In this document: positions 41,350 through 51,851 of the stretch, piece by piece
Layout: each line of letters opens with the position of its first letter
Numbering within the stretch: the first letter of the stretch is position 1
From: a virus
Taxonomy: Duplodnaviria > Caudoviricetes
Virus record (IMG/VR): IMGVR_UViG_3300049830_000086
Location: 1 to 54,237 of that record
Reading direction: 5' to 3' (one strand)
DNA: 54,237 nucleotides
Notes under the pieces: model-generated
Database searches by the model: none
What the model saw: only the letters and a program-made list of their open reading frames with translations
Told to the model about the DNA's origin: nothing
Program-made: the position numbers and the translations under genes

Positions 41350-42150
41350 TTAAGCCCTCAAAGTGCCGAGAGCATCAAGCTGGTCTTGAAACGCATCAGC
41401 GACAGCCAAGGTCTTTGCAAACTTAGGCTGTTGAAGGACGGTTAGCAAGGTAGCTTCAAACTGCTTGCTAACGAAGTAGCGTGAAGCAGCCAACGTACCT
41501 TTCTTGCTAAGGATAGTGAAGTCAGTCGCCAACCTAGCAACGACAGCGCTTGAAGCAGATACTGCACTTGCAATCTGTGATGCACCAACAGTAGAGCTGA
41601 AACTGCGCTCCGTGCCGTAGTGAGCATAGAGAGCGATTGCAGTCTGGATGTTTCGAGTCGTAGGCAAGTTCTGGCTTGCGTTCAACGTAGTGCTGCTCTG
41701 AACAGTAGTGCGCAAAGTCTCGACAAAGCTAGCATTACCGATTAGGGCAGTTGCAATAGCATGTGCGAGTTGTGTGCGGTTCTTAGTCTCAGTCTGCAAG
41801 ACCTTAGTCGTAGCAGCTTTCTTAGGAGTCCTAACTGCCGCAGCAGCTGATGTGACGCCGGTGACGGCCTGGTTGATGATCCTGCTCAACTGAGCGAAGG
41901 TATCATTGAAGTCTCCTTCAGCAGAAGCGAGAGTGCTGACAGGAGTGCGAGAACTACCCAAACCTACTTTGCGGGAAGCGCGCACGACGGCAGGTGATGC
42001 AGTCGGAGGCTGTAGCACAGTCACGCCAGCAGTTAGCGTAATCTTCTGCAAGCTGTTGATAAGGTCGGTTGAAGCACCTTTCAAAACAACCACGTCAGGG
42101 TCGAGTTGAGAGCTGTTAACACGTTGATTTTTGATGTCGATTATTAGCAT
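41350..42150 (-). CDS. Ala/Thr-rich hypothetical protein
   Basis: 266-aa ORF followed by an 11-bp hairpin (41316-41343). Confidence 0.65.
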   Translation of the reverse strand: MLIIDIKNQRVNSSQLDPDVVVLKGASTDLINSLQKITLTAGVTVLQPPTASPAVVRASRKVGLGSSRTPVSTLASAEGDFNDTFAQLSRIINQAVTGVTSAAAAVRTPKKAATTKVLQTETKNRTQLAHAIATALIGNASFVETLRTTVQSSTTLNASQNLPTTRNIQTAIALYAHYGTERSFSSTVGASQIASAVSASSAVVARLATDFTILSKKGTLAASRYFVSKQFEATLLTVLQQPKFAKTLAVADAFQDQLDALGTLRA

Positions 42151-42159
42151 AATTGTTGA

Positions 42160-44895
42160 TTATTCTTTTTTCCATTCCCAGCACTTCTTTTGGAAGTCCC
42201 AGGCTGTCTCACCATGGAATATTTCTTCTTTCGCTTTCCACCTAGAGGACACAGACATTTCCATGCCTAAGTTATCTCCGGTAGCGATCTTACATTCCTT
42301 GGTAAAGAAGTTCCTACATACTTCAGGGAAAAAGTTACCCTGTAGCATGTCTTTGTGTATAATAAAGTATGAAGCATCGTGGACGCTGTTGACTGGGTAA
42401 ACCCACTTCATCCAGACGCCCTCTTTGACTAAGTACTTCTTCATGCTTACACAAATATCCCACATGAAAAGGGCTAGCTCACTAGCAGGAGGAAAAGCCA
42501 AGCTTTCGTTCTTCCAGCCAGCAACTATTCGTCTATCTGAGCTATCTTCAAAGTGATAGCGCATACCGCGAGCGTTCTCGATATAGCGGTGTTCATCCAC
42601 CTGTTGTTTACATTTTTCCCTGTAATCCATGTAGTCCCCGTATTTTCTCCAAGTCTCCAAAGCATACTCAATACGATTGATAGGCAAGTAAATGCCTGAC
42701 TCTGCGTAAATCTCAGCTTGAATAGGCATTGCTGCCGCCAATAATTCAGAAGTATATGCTACCCTGAATGTAATGGCTTTTGCTGAAACGTACTTAGAAT
42801 AATCGTTCTTGCCTACTGTAGGATCTTGGAAATACTCCCTTGCTTTAGTTACATGGAAGCCACCACTCAAGATGTCGTGGATGTACTGCTTGTCTTTGCT
42901 AAGGAACGCGAGAATACCTAAGTCTGCACTAGCTACGTCACATTCGACCCAGTACCAGTCAGGAGAGCCTGAATGGAAGATGTGCCTTATGTTACCTGGT
43001 ATTAGATGAGCATGTTTCTTTTGATCTTCTTTGTTCATCGCAGAATGACCAGGAACGAAGATGTTAGGTAAATGACTCAAGACTTTGGAGGCCGGGTTCT
43101 GAACGTTAGGCCTACTGCTAGACCTAAAGTTATCCAGACATTCATAGAAGTCTGGGTGAATCCTACCATCTTTGCAGATAGCGGACCAATAAGAACTCTT
43201 CTTACCTTCCTCGTCATCCTCATCACCTTCTTCTACGTCAGTATCAAATCCAGTTCCAGTCTTGCATAGGAACTTGGTCGCAAACACACCTACCCTCGCC
43301 AAGTCTAATAGATTCTTGACGATAGCGTGTTTAGTCTTAAGAACATCATCATTAGGTGTTTTCTCCAAAGCCTTCTCCAAGTCAAAGCAAATAGTACTAA
43401 GACTCTTGCCATTGGTGCTAGGAGAATACTGCTTCTGAGTAGCCACTTTCTGAGACTCATACCATGCCCTAGGTTTAATTTTGCCTTTCTTAGTGTAAAA
43501 GGCAGGAGCTAGTTTAAGGACATCATAGAGCAGGGTTTTCTTCTGTTTAGCTGAGGCTGGGTTGAAGTCAGGATAGATGTCCTGCAACTTGTCAGCTAGC
43601 TCATTCAAAAGACCGTGGTACTTGTCAGTGTAAAGCTTGGTCAGCTCTTCCATCTTCTCCAAGTCCATCGGGATACCATTCAACTCCAAATCCATGAAGT
43701 AATTGGTGAGGGGCAAGTAAGTATTATACCAATAGTTCCTAACTCTCTCCGGTAATTTGTCCATTGCTTCTTTCATTCCTAAGCAAGCGGTTCTATGTGC
43801 AACCGCGTCGCCTGCGCAATAGTCCCAGAAAAAGTCGGGTTCTAGAAATTTTAGTTTAGCCATCTCTTCGTAAGCTAGTTTATGCTTTTTCAAGAGATCT
43901 GGCATTTCCTTGTAATAAGGTTTGTAGTTTGTGAAATACTTGATGCCTGTTTCCAATCCTTTAGGCCACCTACTATCTAGGAAGCCACATGCCTTCATAC
44001 CATCGAAGAATAGTGTATCATCCGATAATTTGAAACCCCTATGCTTTAACCTCTTGTCGTCCGCCCTTACATTCCAACCCATTCTCTGGACTTGTGGATG
44101 TTCGAGTAGCGGCTTCATTGTATCAAGAAGTGCTTTGTTCTCAGTCGTACCGTCTTTACTGATGTCTAGGATGATAGCTACATTAGGTTCACAGGAGTAC
44201 TGGAACGTATGCAAGACTTCATCATCACTCAACTTCTTGCCAAACCATTCAGCGTCATAGCCTACTTGGAACTTCCCTTGTTCTATGTAAGATTGGATTA
44301 GAACCTTATTCAACTCAGGGTCGTCTACAACCATCTTTTCAAATTTAGTGTAGTCTAGCTTATCTTCCATGAAGCGCTTAGCCAAATCAAAGGATTCCCT
44401 GAACACTGGTCGTAATGTCGGGTCTTGGCTGACTATCATGCCTGGAGAGTAGTTGGCGATCAACTTACCACCATGCACACAATCTACGATGTTACCTAAG
44501 TAATTCGTCATCTTGTCGTTGGCTTGCTTTACCGCCTTAAACGGTTCGGCACCAAGCGTCATGATGAGCTTAGGCTTGATTGTTGCGATTTCGAAGTCCA
44601 ACACAGGTTTGCATTGGTCTATCATTCCTTTAGTAGGCTTGCCTGCAGCTCCAACGTCATACTTAACCATTGAGGTCAGGTAATAGTCAGATTCTTCAAA
44701 GCCAGCTACTTGTAGAGCATTCCTAAGCTCTTCTCCGTTCGGTCCTTCAAGCAAATCGCCATGTTCACAGGCATCATAGCCTGGATAACTCATAACGATC
44801 ATGAACTTTGCGTCAGTGCTTCCACTCGGCAAAATCCAGTCTTTGCCTTCAGGCTTAAACTTATTGTAATCTGTCAAAAACTGTTCTAGTGTCAT
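42160..44895 (-). CDS. polA: Family A DNA polymerase with N-terminal uracil-DNA-glycosylase-like domain and 3'-5' exonuclease
   Basis: UDG-like N-terminus (PG...G..L.GP.G..L; KPKLIMTLG; YSP); exo DAE / YCAGD; R.SS..PN.QN; motifs A (DVASAD), B (KAITF..AY), C (VHDA). Confidence 0.9.
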   Translation of the reverse strand: MTLEQFLTDYNKFKPEGKDWILPSGSTDAKFMIVMSYPGYDACEHGDLLEGPNGEELRNALQVAGFEESDYYLTSMVKYDVGAAGKPTKGMIDQCKPVLDFEIATIKPKLIMTLGAEPFKAVKQANDKMTNYLGNIVDCVHGGKLIANYSPGMIVSQDPTLRPVFRESFDLAKRFMEDKLDYTKFEKMVVDDPELNKVLIQSYIEQGKFQVGYDAEWFGKKLSDDEVLHTFQYSCEPNVAIILDISKDGTTENKALLDTMKPLLEHPQVQRMGWNVRADDKRLKHRGFKLSDDTLFFDGMKACGFLDSRWPKGLETGIKYFTNYKPYYKEMPDLLKKHKLAYEEMAKLKFLEPDFFWDYCAGDAVAHRTACLGMKEAMDKLPERVRNYWYNTYLPLTNYFMDLELNGIPMDLEKMEELTKLYTDKYHGLLNELADKLQDIYPDFNPASAKQKKTLLYDVLKLAPAFYTKKGKIKPRAWYESQKVATQKQYSPSTNGKSLSTICFDLEKALEKTPNDDVLKTKHAIVKNLLDLARVGVFATKFLCKTGTGFDTDVEEGDEDDEEGKKSSYWSAICKDGRIHPDFYECLDNFRSSSRPNVQNPASKVLSHLPNIFVPGHSAMNKEDQKKHAHLIPGNIRHIFHSGSPDWYWVECDVASADLGILAFLSKDKQYIHDILSGGFHVTKAREYFQDPTVGKNDYSKYVSAKAITFRVAYTSELLAAAMPIQAEIYAESGIYLPINRIEYALETWRKYGDYMDYREKCKQQVDEHRYIENARGMRYHFEDSSDRRIVAGWKNESLAFPPASELALFMWDICVSMKKYLVKEGVWMKWVYPVNSVHDASYFIIHKDMLQGNFFPEVCRNFFTKECKIATGDNLGMEMSVSSRWKAKEEIFHGETAWDFQKKCWEWKKE

Positions 44896-45317
44896 ATGTC
44901 CGTTGGTACCCAGATTCCGCTCACATTCTTGTACAAGAAATTGCCAAGTTTGTAGTCTAGGTGTGGTTCGATGTCCTTTGTGAAAAAGCTTGGAAAGTCT
45001 ATAACGTTTGAATCAAATCCGTTTAGATCTAAAGCTTCCGAAGCAGGTACTAGCTCTAATTCTCTGTCATCTCCGGCGTAATCAAAGATTATTTCTTTGT
45101 CGAAGGCTACTAAATAAAGAGGTCGGTCAACGATACTAACGAACGTGTTCTGACCAACTTTCATTATAATGGACGCTTGGGCTTGCCCACCGTCTTCATC
45201 CATGTGTTGAAAGGCTTCAATCAACTGTGGCAATATCTTACTAGGAAACAAGTTGTGATACTTGTTCTCATGCAAGCACAGGAAGAAATAGTTTTGGTCT
45301 AAGTCTAAGTCTTCCAT
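44892..45317 (-). CDS. Hypothetical protein
   Basis: Coupled ORF between helicase and polymerase. Confidence 0.6.
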   Translation of the reverse strand: MEDLDLDQNYFFLCLHENKYHNLFPSKILPQLIEAFQHMDEDGGQAQASIIMKVGQNTFVSIVDRPLYLVAFDKEIIFDYAGDDRELELVPASEALDLNGFDSNVIDFPSFFTKDIEPHLDYKLGNFLYKNVSGIWVPTDI

Positions 45318-46720
45318 TATCGTCTTGGGATGATTGAGGCTGTGTTAACTTGAGTCATCGAGCCTGGATTAGACGTACCTACATCCAAGTCCAACGTATC
45401 TCTGACTACCTCCGATTTAACCCTCATGAACTCTAGTTCAGTCCTTAAGTGCACGGAGAACTCCTTGACGTGTCTCTGCTTCAAAGAGAAGATGTTGAGA
45501 CAATCTTCAGTCTTAGGCTTACCTACACCAAGCACAATGTCGGCTTTGTGAATAATACCTTTGTAACCGTCGATGTCTTCGCGAGAGAAGGTAGGCTTTA
45601 GCTTACCCTTAGCCTGATGCTGCACCCACAATACGAAGTTTTTACCGTTGATCGTTCTGTGAGATAGCTCGTCCAGTTCTTCACCCAATACCTTTTCCTT
45701 CTGCCAGTTATCTGCACCTCTAGGCACTTCTGTGATAGGATCCAGACATTGCATCTGATCTAGCATAACGACTTTAGGTATGAACCCAGTCATCTCGTAG
45801 TGATGCTTTATGCTCTCGTAAGCATGGTCAACGTTCTTGACTCTTGCATCCCTAAGATCGGCCATGTGTAACTTGTGAAGCATGCGCCTCTTAGTTTCGT
45901 GCATAGCATCGTTAGCCTGAGCTTCAAGTTCAATGTTCGACTGACCTTGTCTCAAACCTGTATACCTAATACCGAATACGTTAGCATATAACCTCTGGCT
46001 CAAGTCTGTCGTAGGCTCTTCGTAGCTCAAGTATAGTGTTTCATCACCACCCTCTGCAATCTTCTGTACAATGTTAAGACCTAGTGCAGTCTTACCACCA
46101 CCAGAGAAACCTACAATAAACCCGAACTGACCTAACTCCAAACCACCCAACCTCTTATCGAGTTCATGGATGCCGGAACCAATTAGGTTAGTCTTAGACT
46201 TATAAACGATGTCACGGAAAGGTACAATGAACTTAACACTGTTAGATTCACTGTCACTGCTTAACGAATACTGGAGTCTGCTTAGCTCAGCCGTAGCCGT
46301 AGCCAAGTCATCCTTGTGCTTGTTCCAAATTTTAGTAGCTCTGCGCTTTTGTAGGAAAGCTGCGATCTTACCATCAAAGAAGTTGGATGGTTCCAAAGGC
46401 CTTGATGTATCATAGAAGTAGGCCATGAGCTTGATTAGGCTATCACGGTGTACCTCATCTATGAGACCAGCGTTGATTCTGGCTGTTATGCCATTAGCAA
46501 AGTTCTGCACACTCATCGGGCATTGCTTCGCGCTGATGATCATGTTAACGATCTCTTTGTAGACCTCGTTACCATATGTGGCATCAATCATGAAGTCTTC
46601 GCCCGTAAGCTTTAAGGCTTGCGCCCTGTTGTAAATCTCCGGCACTAATAGCATGTGCCTAAGCAACAACTCGCTAAAGTCATCATCGTGCAACGGTTCT
46701 ATAAACGCTGTGTCATTCAT
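45317..46720 (-). CDS. dnaB: DnaB-like replicative helicase
   Basis: SGI.ELD..LGGL..G, GFSGGGKT, YLSYE, VMLD, KADIVL, K.R. Confidence 0.85.
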   Translation of the reverse strand: MNDTAFIEPLHDDDFSELLLRHMLLVPEIYNRAQALKLTGEDFMIDATYGNEVYKEIVNMIISAKQCPMSVQNFANGITARINAGLIDEVHRDSLIKLMAYFYDTSRPLEPSNFFDGKIAAFLQKRRATKIWNKHKDDLATATAELSRLQYSLSSDSESNSVKFIVPFRDIVYKSKTNLIGSGIHELDKRLGGLELGQFGFIVGFSGGGKTALGLNIVQKIAEGGDETLYLSYEEPTTDLSQRLYANVFGIRYTGLRQGQSNIELEAQANDAMHETKRRMLHKLHMADLRDARVKNVDHAYESIKHHYEMTGFIPKVVMLDQMQCLDPITEVPRGADNWQKEKVLGEELDELSHRTINGKNFVLWVQHQAKGKLKPTFSREDIDGYKGIIHKADIVLGVGKPKTEDCLNIFSLKQRHVKEFSVHLRTELEFMRVKSEVVRDTLDLDVGTSNPGSMTQVNTASIIPRR

Positions 46721-47283
46721 ATCTTCGGTATCCTTGTTAAATCAAGCTTCTCTCCGCCCGATTCGACTGACCTCAGAAACTCAAGCAGCTTTGGTTGCAT
46801 TAACAAAAGCTGCCTAGCTGCTGCTCCATATTTCTTGATCATCTCAGCATCCTTGGTAGGATACATAAGAATACGGAACCAAGACATGAAATCAAAGGAT
46901 TCGTTCTTCAGACACAGCGCAGGATCCCAACCATTCTCGATGTAATGCACATAGCGTTCACACTGAGAATTGAATTCTTCCTCAGGTGACACATCCCAAT
47001 GCAAAGCAATGTACTCGTCCAAATAACGTTGCGCATCTTTGGTAGCGAGTTGTGTAGGTATTAGGCTAGTATAGCCTTTCAGTACAGGACTGAAGAATAC
47101 CTGAGCCGACACATAGATGTGAGGCGTAACATTGTTCTTTATGCAGGTTTCAGCTGCTTTCTTAGCGTGCGTATACAATTGCTTCTTGAAAGAAGGCATC
47201 AGCACATAGTTACACTGCTTTACGAACTCATGAATGATCTGCTCGATCAACTCTTCATGAGATGTTGTTGTGTACTTGTTCAT
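46717..47283 (-). CDS. Hypothetical protein between primase and helicase
   Basis: 188-aa coupled ORF. Confidence 0.6.
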   Translation of the reverse strand: MNKYTTTSHEELIEQIIHEFVKQCNYVLMPSFKKQLYTHAKKAAETCIKNNVTPHIYVSAQVFFSPVLKGYTSLIPTQLATKDAQRYLDEYIALHWDVSPEEEFNSQCERYVHYIENGWDPALCLKNESFDFMSWFRILMYPTKDAEMIKKYGAAARQLLLMQPKLLEFLRSVESGGEKLDLTRIPKI

Positions 47284-48220
47284 TCCATTCCTGTTCTACT
47301 ATCATGGCGAGAATATCTGACGGTAGATCATCTGGGGATTCGGCACCATACTTTTCTAAGTTGATGTTGGCGACCTTCTTCCCAGCTGCTCTTAAACCAT
47401 TAGTAAACTCCTGCGCTCGTGACGGAAGACCATTTCCTCTAAGGACATGCTGGTCAGCGTCGAGCATCATTACAATCTCCGGCCAAGTCTGCATCAATTT
47501 AAGCTGCCTTCTTGATATGCCGGCTCCCCAAGTAGCCACACCATTAGGAAATTTCAAGGCTTTCTTCACACCCTCGACTACCACCACCCTTCTAGGATTG
47601 GCGGCTTTTGCATTGTCGAAGTTATAAAGGTAGCTGCCTTTGTTGAACAGATGATAATATTTAACGTTGTTCTCCTGGTCACCATAAATGGTTCCAGGCA
47701 AACTTCTCATCTGCCAGCCCACAAGTTTATTGTCGAAGTAAACAGGGAAGACTAAGCGTTCAGCACTAGTAATGAATGATTTACCGTTGTGGAAGTTCTT
47801 ACCTCCTTCAAACGGCACAAAGACTATCTTATGGAGATTGGCGTAAACGTCCAAATCCTTAAGTTCATCTTTGAGTAGAAATTGTACAGCAGGGTGATCG
47901 ATTGGTAGCTTATTGACGGGTATAGCAGTAGAGTAAGGTAAAATGAATGATCGCGGATCTGGCTCTTTTTCTTCTTCGAAATCCACATCTTTGAAATCGG
48001 CTGCGCTAGGAACATAGTATCCATCTAGTAAGTCTGCAATGTTCATTTTGACACCACATATGAAACAATTACTAGTGTAACCGTGAGTAGGAACATAGCG
48101 CTTTAGCTTGCTCCTATTGTGAGGCGTACAACTTGGACAGGGTATGCGCAACCATTCACCATGTCCTTTAACAACTCGAAACTTGCGTTTGAGTGCCTCT
48201 TCTAATGATTGGTTGCTCAT
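47255..48220 (-). CDS. DNA primase (zinc finger plus TOPRIM)
   Basis: CPSC...CFIC; RLVFP...GWQMR; VVEG; LDAD; PDD. Confidence 0.85.
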   Translation of the reverse strand: MSNQSLEEALKRKFRVVKGHGEWLRIPCPSCTPHNRSKLKRYVPTHGYTSNCFICGVKMNIADLLDGYYVPSAADFKDVDFEEEKEPDPRSFILPYSTAIPVNKLPIDHPAVQFLLKDELKDLDVYANLHKIVFVPFEGGKNFHNGKSFITSAERLVFPVYFDNKLVGWQMRSLPGTIYGDQENNVKYYHLFNKGSYLYNFDNAKAANPRRVVVVEGVKKALKFPNGVATWGAGISRRQLKLMQTWPEIVMMLDADQHVLRGNGLPSRAQEFTNGLRAAGKKVANINLEKYGAESPDDLPSDILAMIVEQEWNEQVHNNIS

Positions 48221-48222
48221 AC

Positions 48223-49689
48223 TTAAAGCTTCTTGTCATCTATAGATCCAAGTTCCCAAGCTATATCTTTCACAGAATCCACTACCTTGCACTTCCAACC
48301 TTGCTTCTTGTAGATCTCCATGCGTTTGTGGCTCATGTTCTCAAGAGTTTGGTCATGCTGGTCCATGAAATCTATGAGAACAAAGTGAGTCTTGTCTGGA
48401 GCTATTCTCGCTCCACGGTAAGCTTCCTGAAGTAACTCTACTTCACTCGTACCACCGCTAGCTTGAACAACTACTTTTATTTGCGGAATGTCTGCACCCG
48501 CTCTTAAACAATCCGTTGCCATCAAGTATTGATACTCGTTGTTTCGGAATTGTTCTAAGTTCTTGTCTTGTTTCGTCGGTGTTAGTGCATAAGCTCCGAA
48601 CTCCTTACCTTGTCCTCTATGAACATACAATGTACCTTGCGGCATGAATTGATAGAGAGGGACTAGGTGATCAGCGATATGGTCTACGAATACCAAAGTC
48701 TGCCAATCTTTCGGGACGTTCTGACACACTTCACCAATCAACTTATTACGTATCTCATTGCGCTTAATACCTTTAAGCAGCTTACCATCCATGGTACCAG
48801 CACTAAAGATAGCCTGCTCCGGAACCTTAACAAAGTAAACTTTGCAGGGAACCACAGCGCCATTGTCTTCAGCGTCAGCGTAAGGAACGTAAATCAGTCT
48901 TTCTCCAAACAAACCTTTGATTAGCTTATCCGCACCGTTGAACAAGTTCTTATCGGTGGCGGTGTAACCAAACATACGTACAGGTGTTATGCCGCTTAGG
49001 GTCGTTGCAATGGCTTCTCCAGTAGTGCCCTGGATCTCATCCATCAGCATTAGTTTACACTTTTCAAGAGCGCATTTGGGTAAGGATTTGAATGTGGTAA
49101 TAGTGACATCTCTTGAAATATCAAAATACCCGTCGCCTACCCTGCCTATATGACGATCCGGAAACAACTTAGTGAACTTGAGGTATGTTTGGTCAAATAC
49201 CGTTTTTAGAGGCGTGGCGACAATAGTTGGTCCTAAGTGAGCAAAGGCAGCATAAGTACAGGCCATCATAATGGTCTTACCGAAGCCACCTGCCGCACAA
49301 CAGATACCATTACCATCCTTAGCCTTGAACAAGAATTCTACTATAGGCTCAACTTGATAGTCCCTTAACCCTTCACTACCAATGCCTTCCCAATTGATCT
49401 GTTTGATTGCTTTTAAGTCAGGTTCTTTGACAGGGCTGCGCAGGTCTTCTATTACAGGAGTATCAGACTCATGTTCTATCAGACTTACAACCTTGTCAAA
49501 AAATCCGGCGAATGTAATCACCCCACCGTGCTCAGCTGAGGAATAAAGTTCTTTCTTATCAAACTTGTTAACCTTCTTCCAACCTTGGAATCCAAAACTT
49601 CTATGGGAGTACTGCAGATAGTTTAGTAAATATGCAGGTGCTGGATTGATTCCAAGCGCTCCGTCAACCCTTGTTAGTTGGATGTTCAT
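48223..49689 (-). CDS. Superfamily 2 helicase (UvsW-like)
   Basis: LRDYQ, GFGKT, DEIQ, TAT, G.DIP, Q...RG.R. Confidence 0.88.
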   Translation of the reverse strand: MNIQLTRVDGALGINPAPAYLLNYLQYSHRSFGFQGWKKVNKFDKKELYSSAEHGGVITFAGFFDKVVSLIEHESDTPVIEDLRSPVKEPDLKAIKQINWEGIGSEGLRDYQVEPIVEFLFKAKDGNGICCAAGGFGKTIMMACTYAAFAHLGPTIVATPLKTVFDQTYLKFTKLFPDRHIGRVGDGYFDISRDVTITTFKSLPKCALEKCKLMLMDEIQGTTGEAIATTLSGITPVRMFGYTATDKNLFNGADKLIKGLFGERLIYVPYADAEDNGAVVPCKVYFVKVPEQAIFSAGTMDGKLLKGIKRNEIRNKLIGEVCQNVPKDWQTLVFVDHIADHLVPLYQFMPQGTLYVHRGQGKEFGAYALTPTKQDKNLEQFRNNEYQYLMATDCLRAGADIPQIKVVVQASGGTSEVELLQEAYRGARIAPDKTHFVLIDFMDQHDQTLENMSHKRMEIYKKQGWKCKVVDSVKDIAWELGSIDDKKL

Positions 49690-49793
49690 TGGTCTTAAAT
49701 AACTGCATTAACTTACTGCGTTTTTCAGGATACCACAGAATGTGCCTGATGAGGAATCCGATCAGAATACCAGCTAGTATTTCCATAGTCAAA

Positions 49794-51851
49794 TCATAAT
49801 TGAATTGTTTGGTCTACAACCTCACTCAATCGTTCATCATGGTCAATGATTATGATCTGGTTGATGACTTTTTGGTTCCTGAGTTCGTTGATGAGGTTAA
49901 AATAGTTTTGACGATTGTCATCACTAAGATGTGTTGTACCTTCATCTATGATCCAGATAGGAAACGCTTTGGCGAACATCTTATGTAGCGCCAACCTTAG
50001 ACAAATACCTACCATCATCTCCTGACCGCCAGAGACACTAGGAAGCATTTTGTCGTGCTCAGTGAAGAGCCTAATCTTGAAGCCATCCACAACCTTTACA
50101 GTGTATGGAAGGTTGAAGTACTCTAGGTACGTCGCGAGCGATACCTGTACATGATCCATGTATGTCTCAATAAGTCTTCTAGGGAACTTAGCAGTGGCAA
50201 AAACATCGTAAACGTTAGTCAAAGCTTCGAGATAACTCTTACGCTTCGCGTTGTACTTGCTGTTGACATGACTATTGTTGATCCTTTGCTCTAATAAGAC
50301 TAGTTCATGCTCTAGCTTACCTGATTGGAGTTGAAATTGACCGATTTCTTCCCTTCTCTTGTCGTCCAGCTCTAAAGCTTCACGAAACATGGTTAGCTCT
50401 TGCTCAATAGGTGCAGAACCTTCATGAGTAGCCAAGCTTTTCAATTTTTCTTCAGCTACCTTTACATTTGAGGATAACACAACTTTACGGTTACGAAGGT
50501 CATTAAGACTAGCTTGCAAATCCTTCACTAACTTATGTTCAGTCTGTGCTTGGATCAGTTCTTCATCAGTAAAGACCAAAGTGCTCATCGGCTCCAGTTC
50601 CTTCACCAAATACTCTTTACGGCCCATCAAGCCTTCGTATTTAGCGAGTTCTTGATTGTACTGCTGCAAATGCTTCATCTGCGCTTGGTAGCGAGAATTA
50701 GTCAATGTAGCGTTGGTGGATAGTGCTGACTCCTGAACCCTTAAGTCTGCCAAGTACTGTTTACTGTCAGGAATGTCTTGTTTACAGGTTGGACAAGAAG
50801 CATGTCCTTCTAGCGCGCTTAGATGGTTCTTTTGAGCAATGATGTCTCTTAGTTTACCGTTCATCTCAGTCAATGTCTCATAAAGATGAGCATTTGACTG
50901 TTGTAGAGTTTCCTTAGCTTTGGTGACTGCTGCGAAGTCTATGAGATTTTGCTTATCAAGATTTTCGATTTCTCTTAATATAGACTGTTTACGGCCAAAT
51001 ACCACTTTGTTCATGGTAAGTTGTCCAATCTTAGTCCTTAGCTCTTCTTCATCAGGGTAGTTCTCTAGGACTGATTCACTAGTCTCGATCTGTCCATCCA
51101 GCAACCTAAGTTCCTCATTAGTCCTGTAGATCTCAGTCTCTAACTCAGGTCTTTTCTTAGAGTCTTGTTGGCACTTGTCTAAGAAGAACAACCTGTCCTT
51201 GATACTGGCTATGATGGCTGGGGACGCTAGTTTTGTGGTCAAGGTTTCTACCTTCGCCAATACCTCGTTACGGTTTTTGGCTACTTGTGTCTGAGATGTT
51301 ATCAAGAGTTGAACATCCTCTTCTGGTTTTTCGGGTGGGCATTCCTTGACATACTTATTCCAGATAGTGTTACGAAGCTTTTCAGTCTCCGGCACCATGA
51401 ATATCTTCTGGAATATCTTTTCCCTGACAACGGACTCATCACTAAACAAATTCTGGATTTCACCTTGCTTAGCTACTATGACATTGTTGAAAATTGTGGT
51501 GTCGATCTGAAGTAGTTCATTCCACAACGCATTGACTTCACTCACCTTGTTATAGGTCATGCCGTCATAGGTTAGGGATACTTTCGGAACACTAAGATGA
51601 CGTTCAAGAGTACCTTCCTTGCCATTAAGCAAGAACTTACCCTTCACCCATCCCTCAGTCTCTCCAACAGTAATGCGATCGGCTTTCTTGTCACCATCTA
51701 AGTCTCCGGTGAAAAGAAAGCAGATAGCACTGATTATGCTAGATTTTCCACTACCGTTCTTTCCAACAATACCAACTACACCAGGATCAAACTTAAGATC
51801 CACTTTACGGTGTACGTTAAAATTACGTAATGATAGTTCTAGTAGTTGCAT
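49794..51851 (-). CDS. sbcC: SbcC/Rad50/gp46-like ATPase
   Basis: GKNGSGKSS, Q-loop KQGE, zinc hook CPTC, signature SGGQ, IDEG, DH. Confidence 0.92.
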   Translation of the reverse strand: MQLLELSLRNFNVHRKVDLKFDPGVVGIVGKNGSGKSSIISAICFLFTGDLDGDKKADRITVGETEGWVKGKFLLNGKEGTLERHLSVPKVSLTYDGMTYNKVSEVNALWNELLQIDTTIFNNVIVAKQGEIQNLFSDESVVREKIFQKIFMVPETEKLRNTIWNKYVKECPPEKPEEDVQLLITSQTQVAKNRNEVLAKVETLTTKLASPAIIASIKDRLFFLDKCQQDSKKRPELETEIYRTNEELRLLDGQIETSESVLENYPDEEELRTKIGQLTMNKVVFGRKQSILREIENLDKQNLIDFAAVTKAKETLQQSNAHLYETLTEMNGKLRDIIAQKNHLSALEGHASCPTCKQDIPDSKQYLADLRVQESALSTNATLTNSRYQAQMKHLQQYNQELAKYEGLMGRKEYLVKELEPMSTLVFTDEELIQAQTEHKLVKDLQASLNDLRNRKVVLSSNVKVAEEKLKSLATHEGSAPIEQELTMFREALELDDKRREEIGQFQLQSGKLEHELVLLEQRINNSHVNSKYNAKRKSYLEALTNVYDVFATAKFPRRLIETYMDHVQVSLATYLEYFNLPYTVKVVDGFKIRLFTEHDKMLPSVSGGQEMMVGICLRLALHKMFAKAFPIWIIDEGTTHLSDDNRQNYFNLINELRNQKVINQIIIIDHDERLSEVVDQTIQL

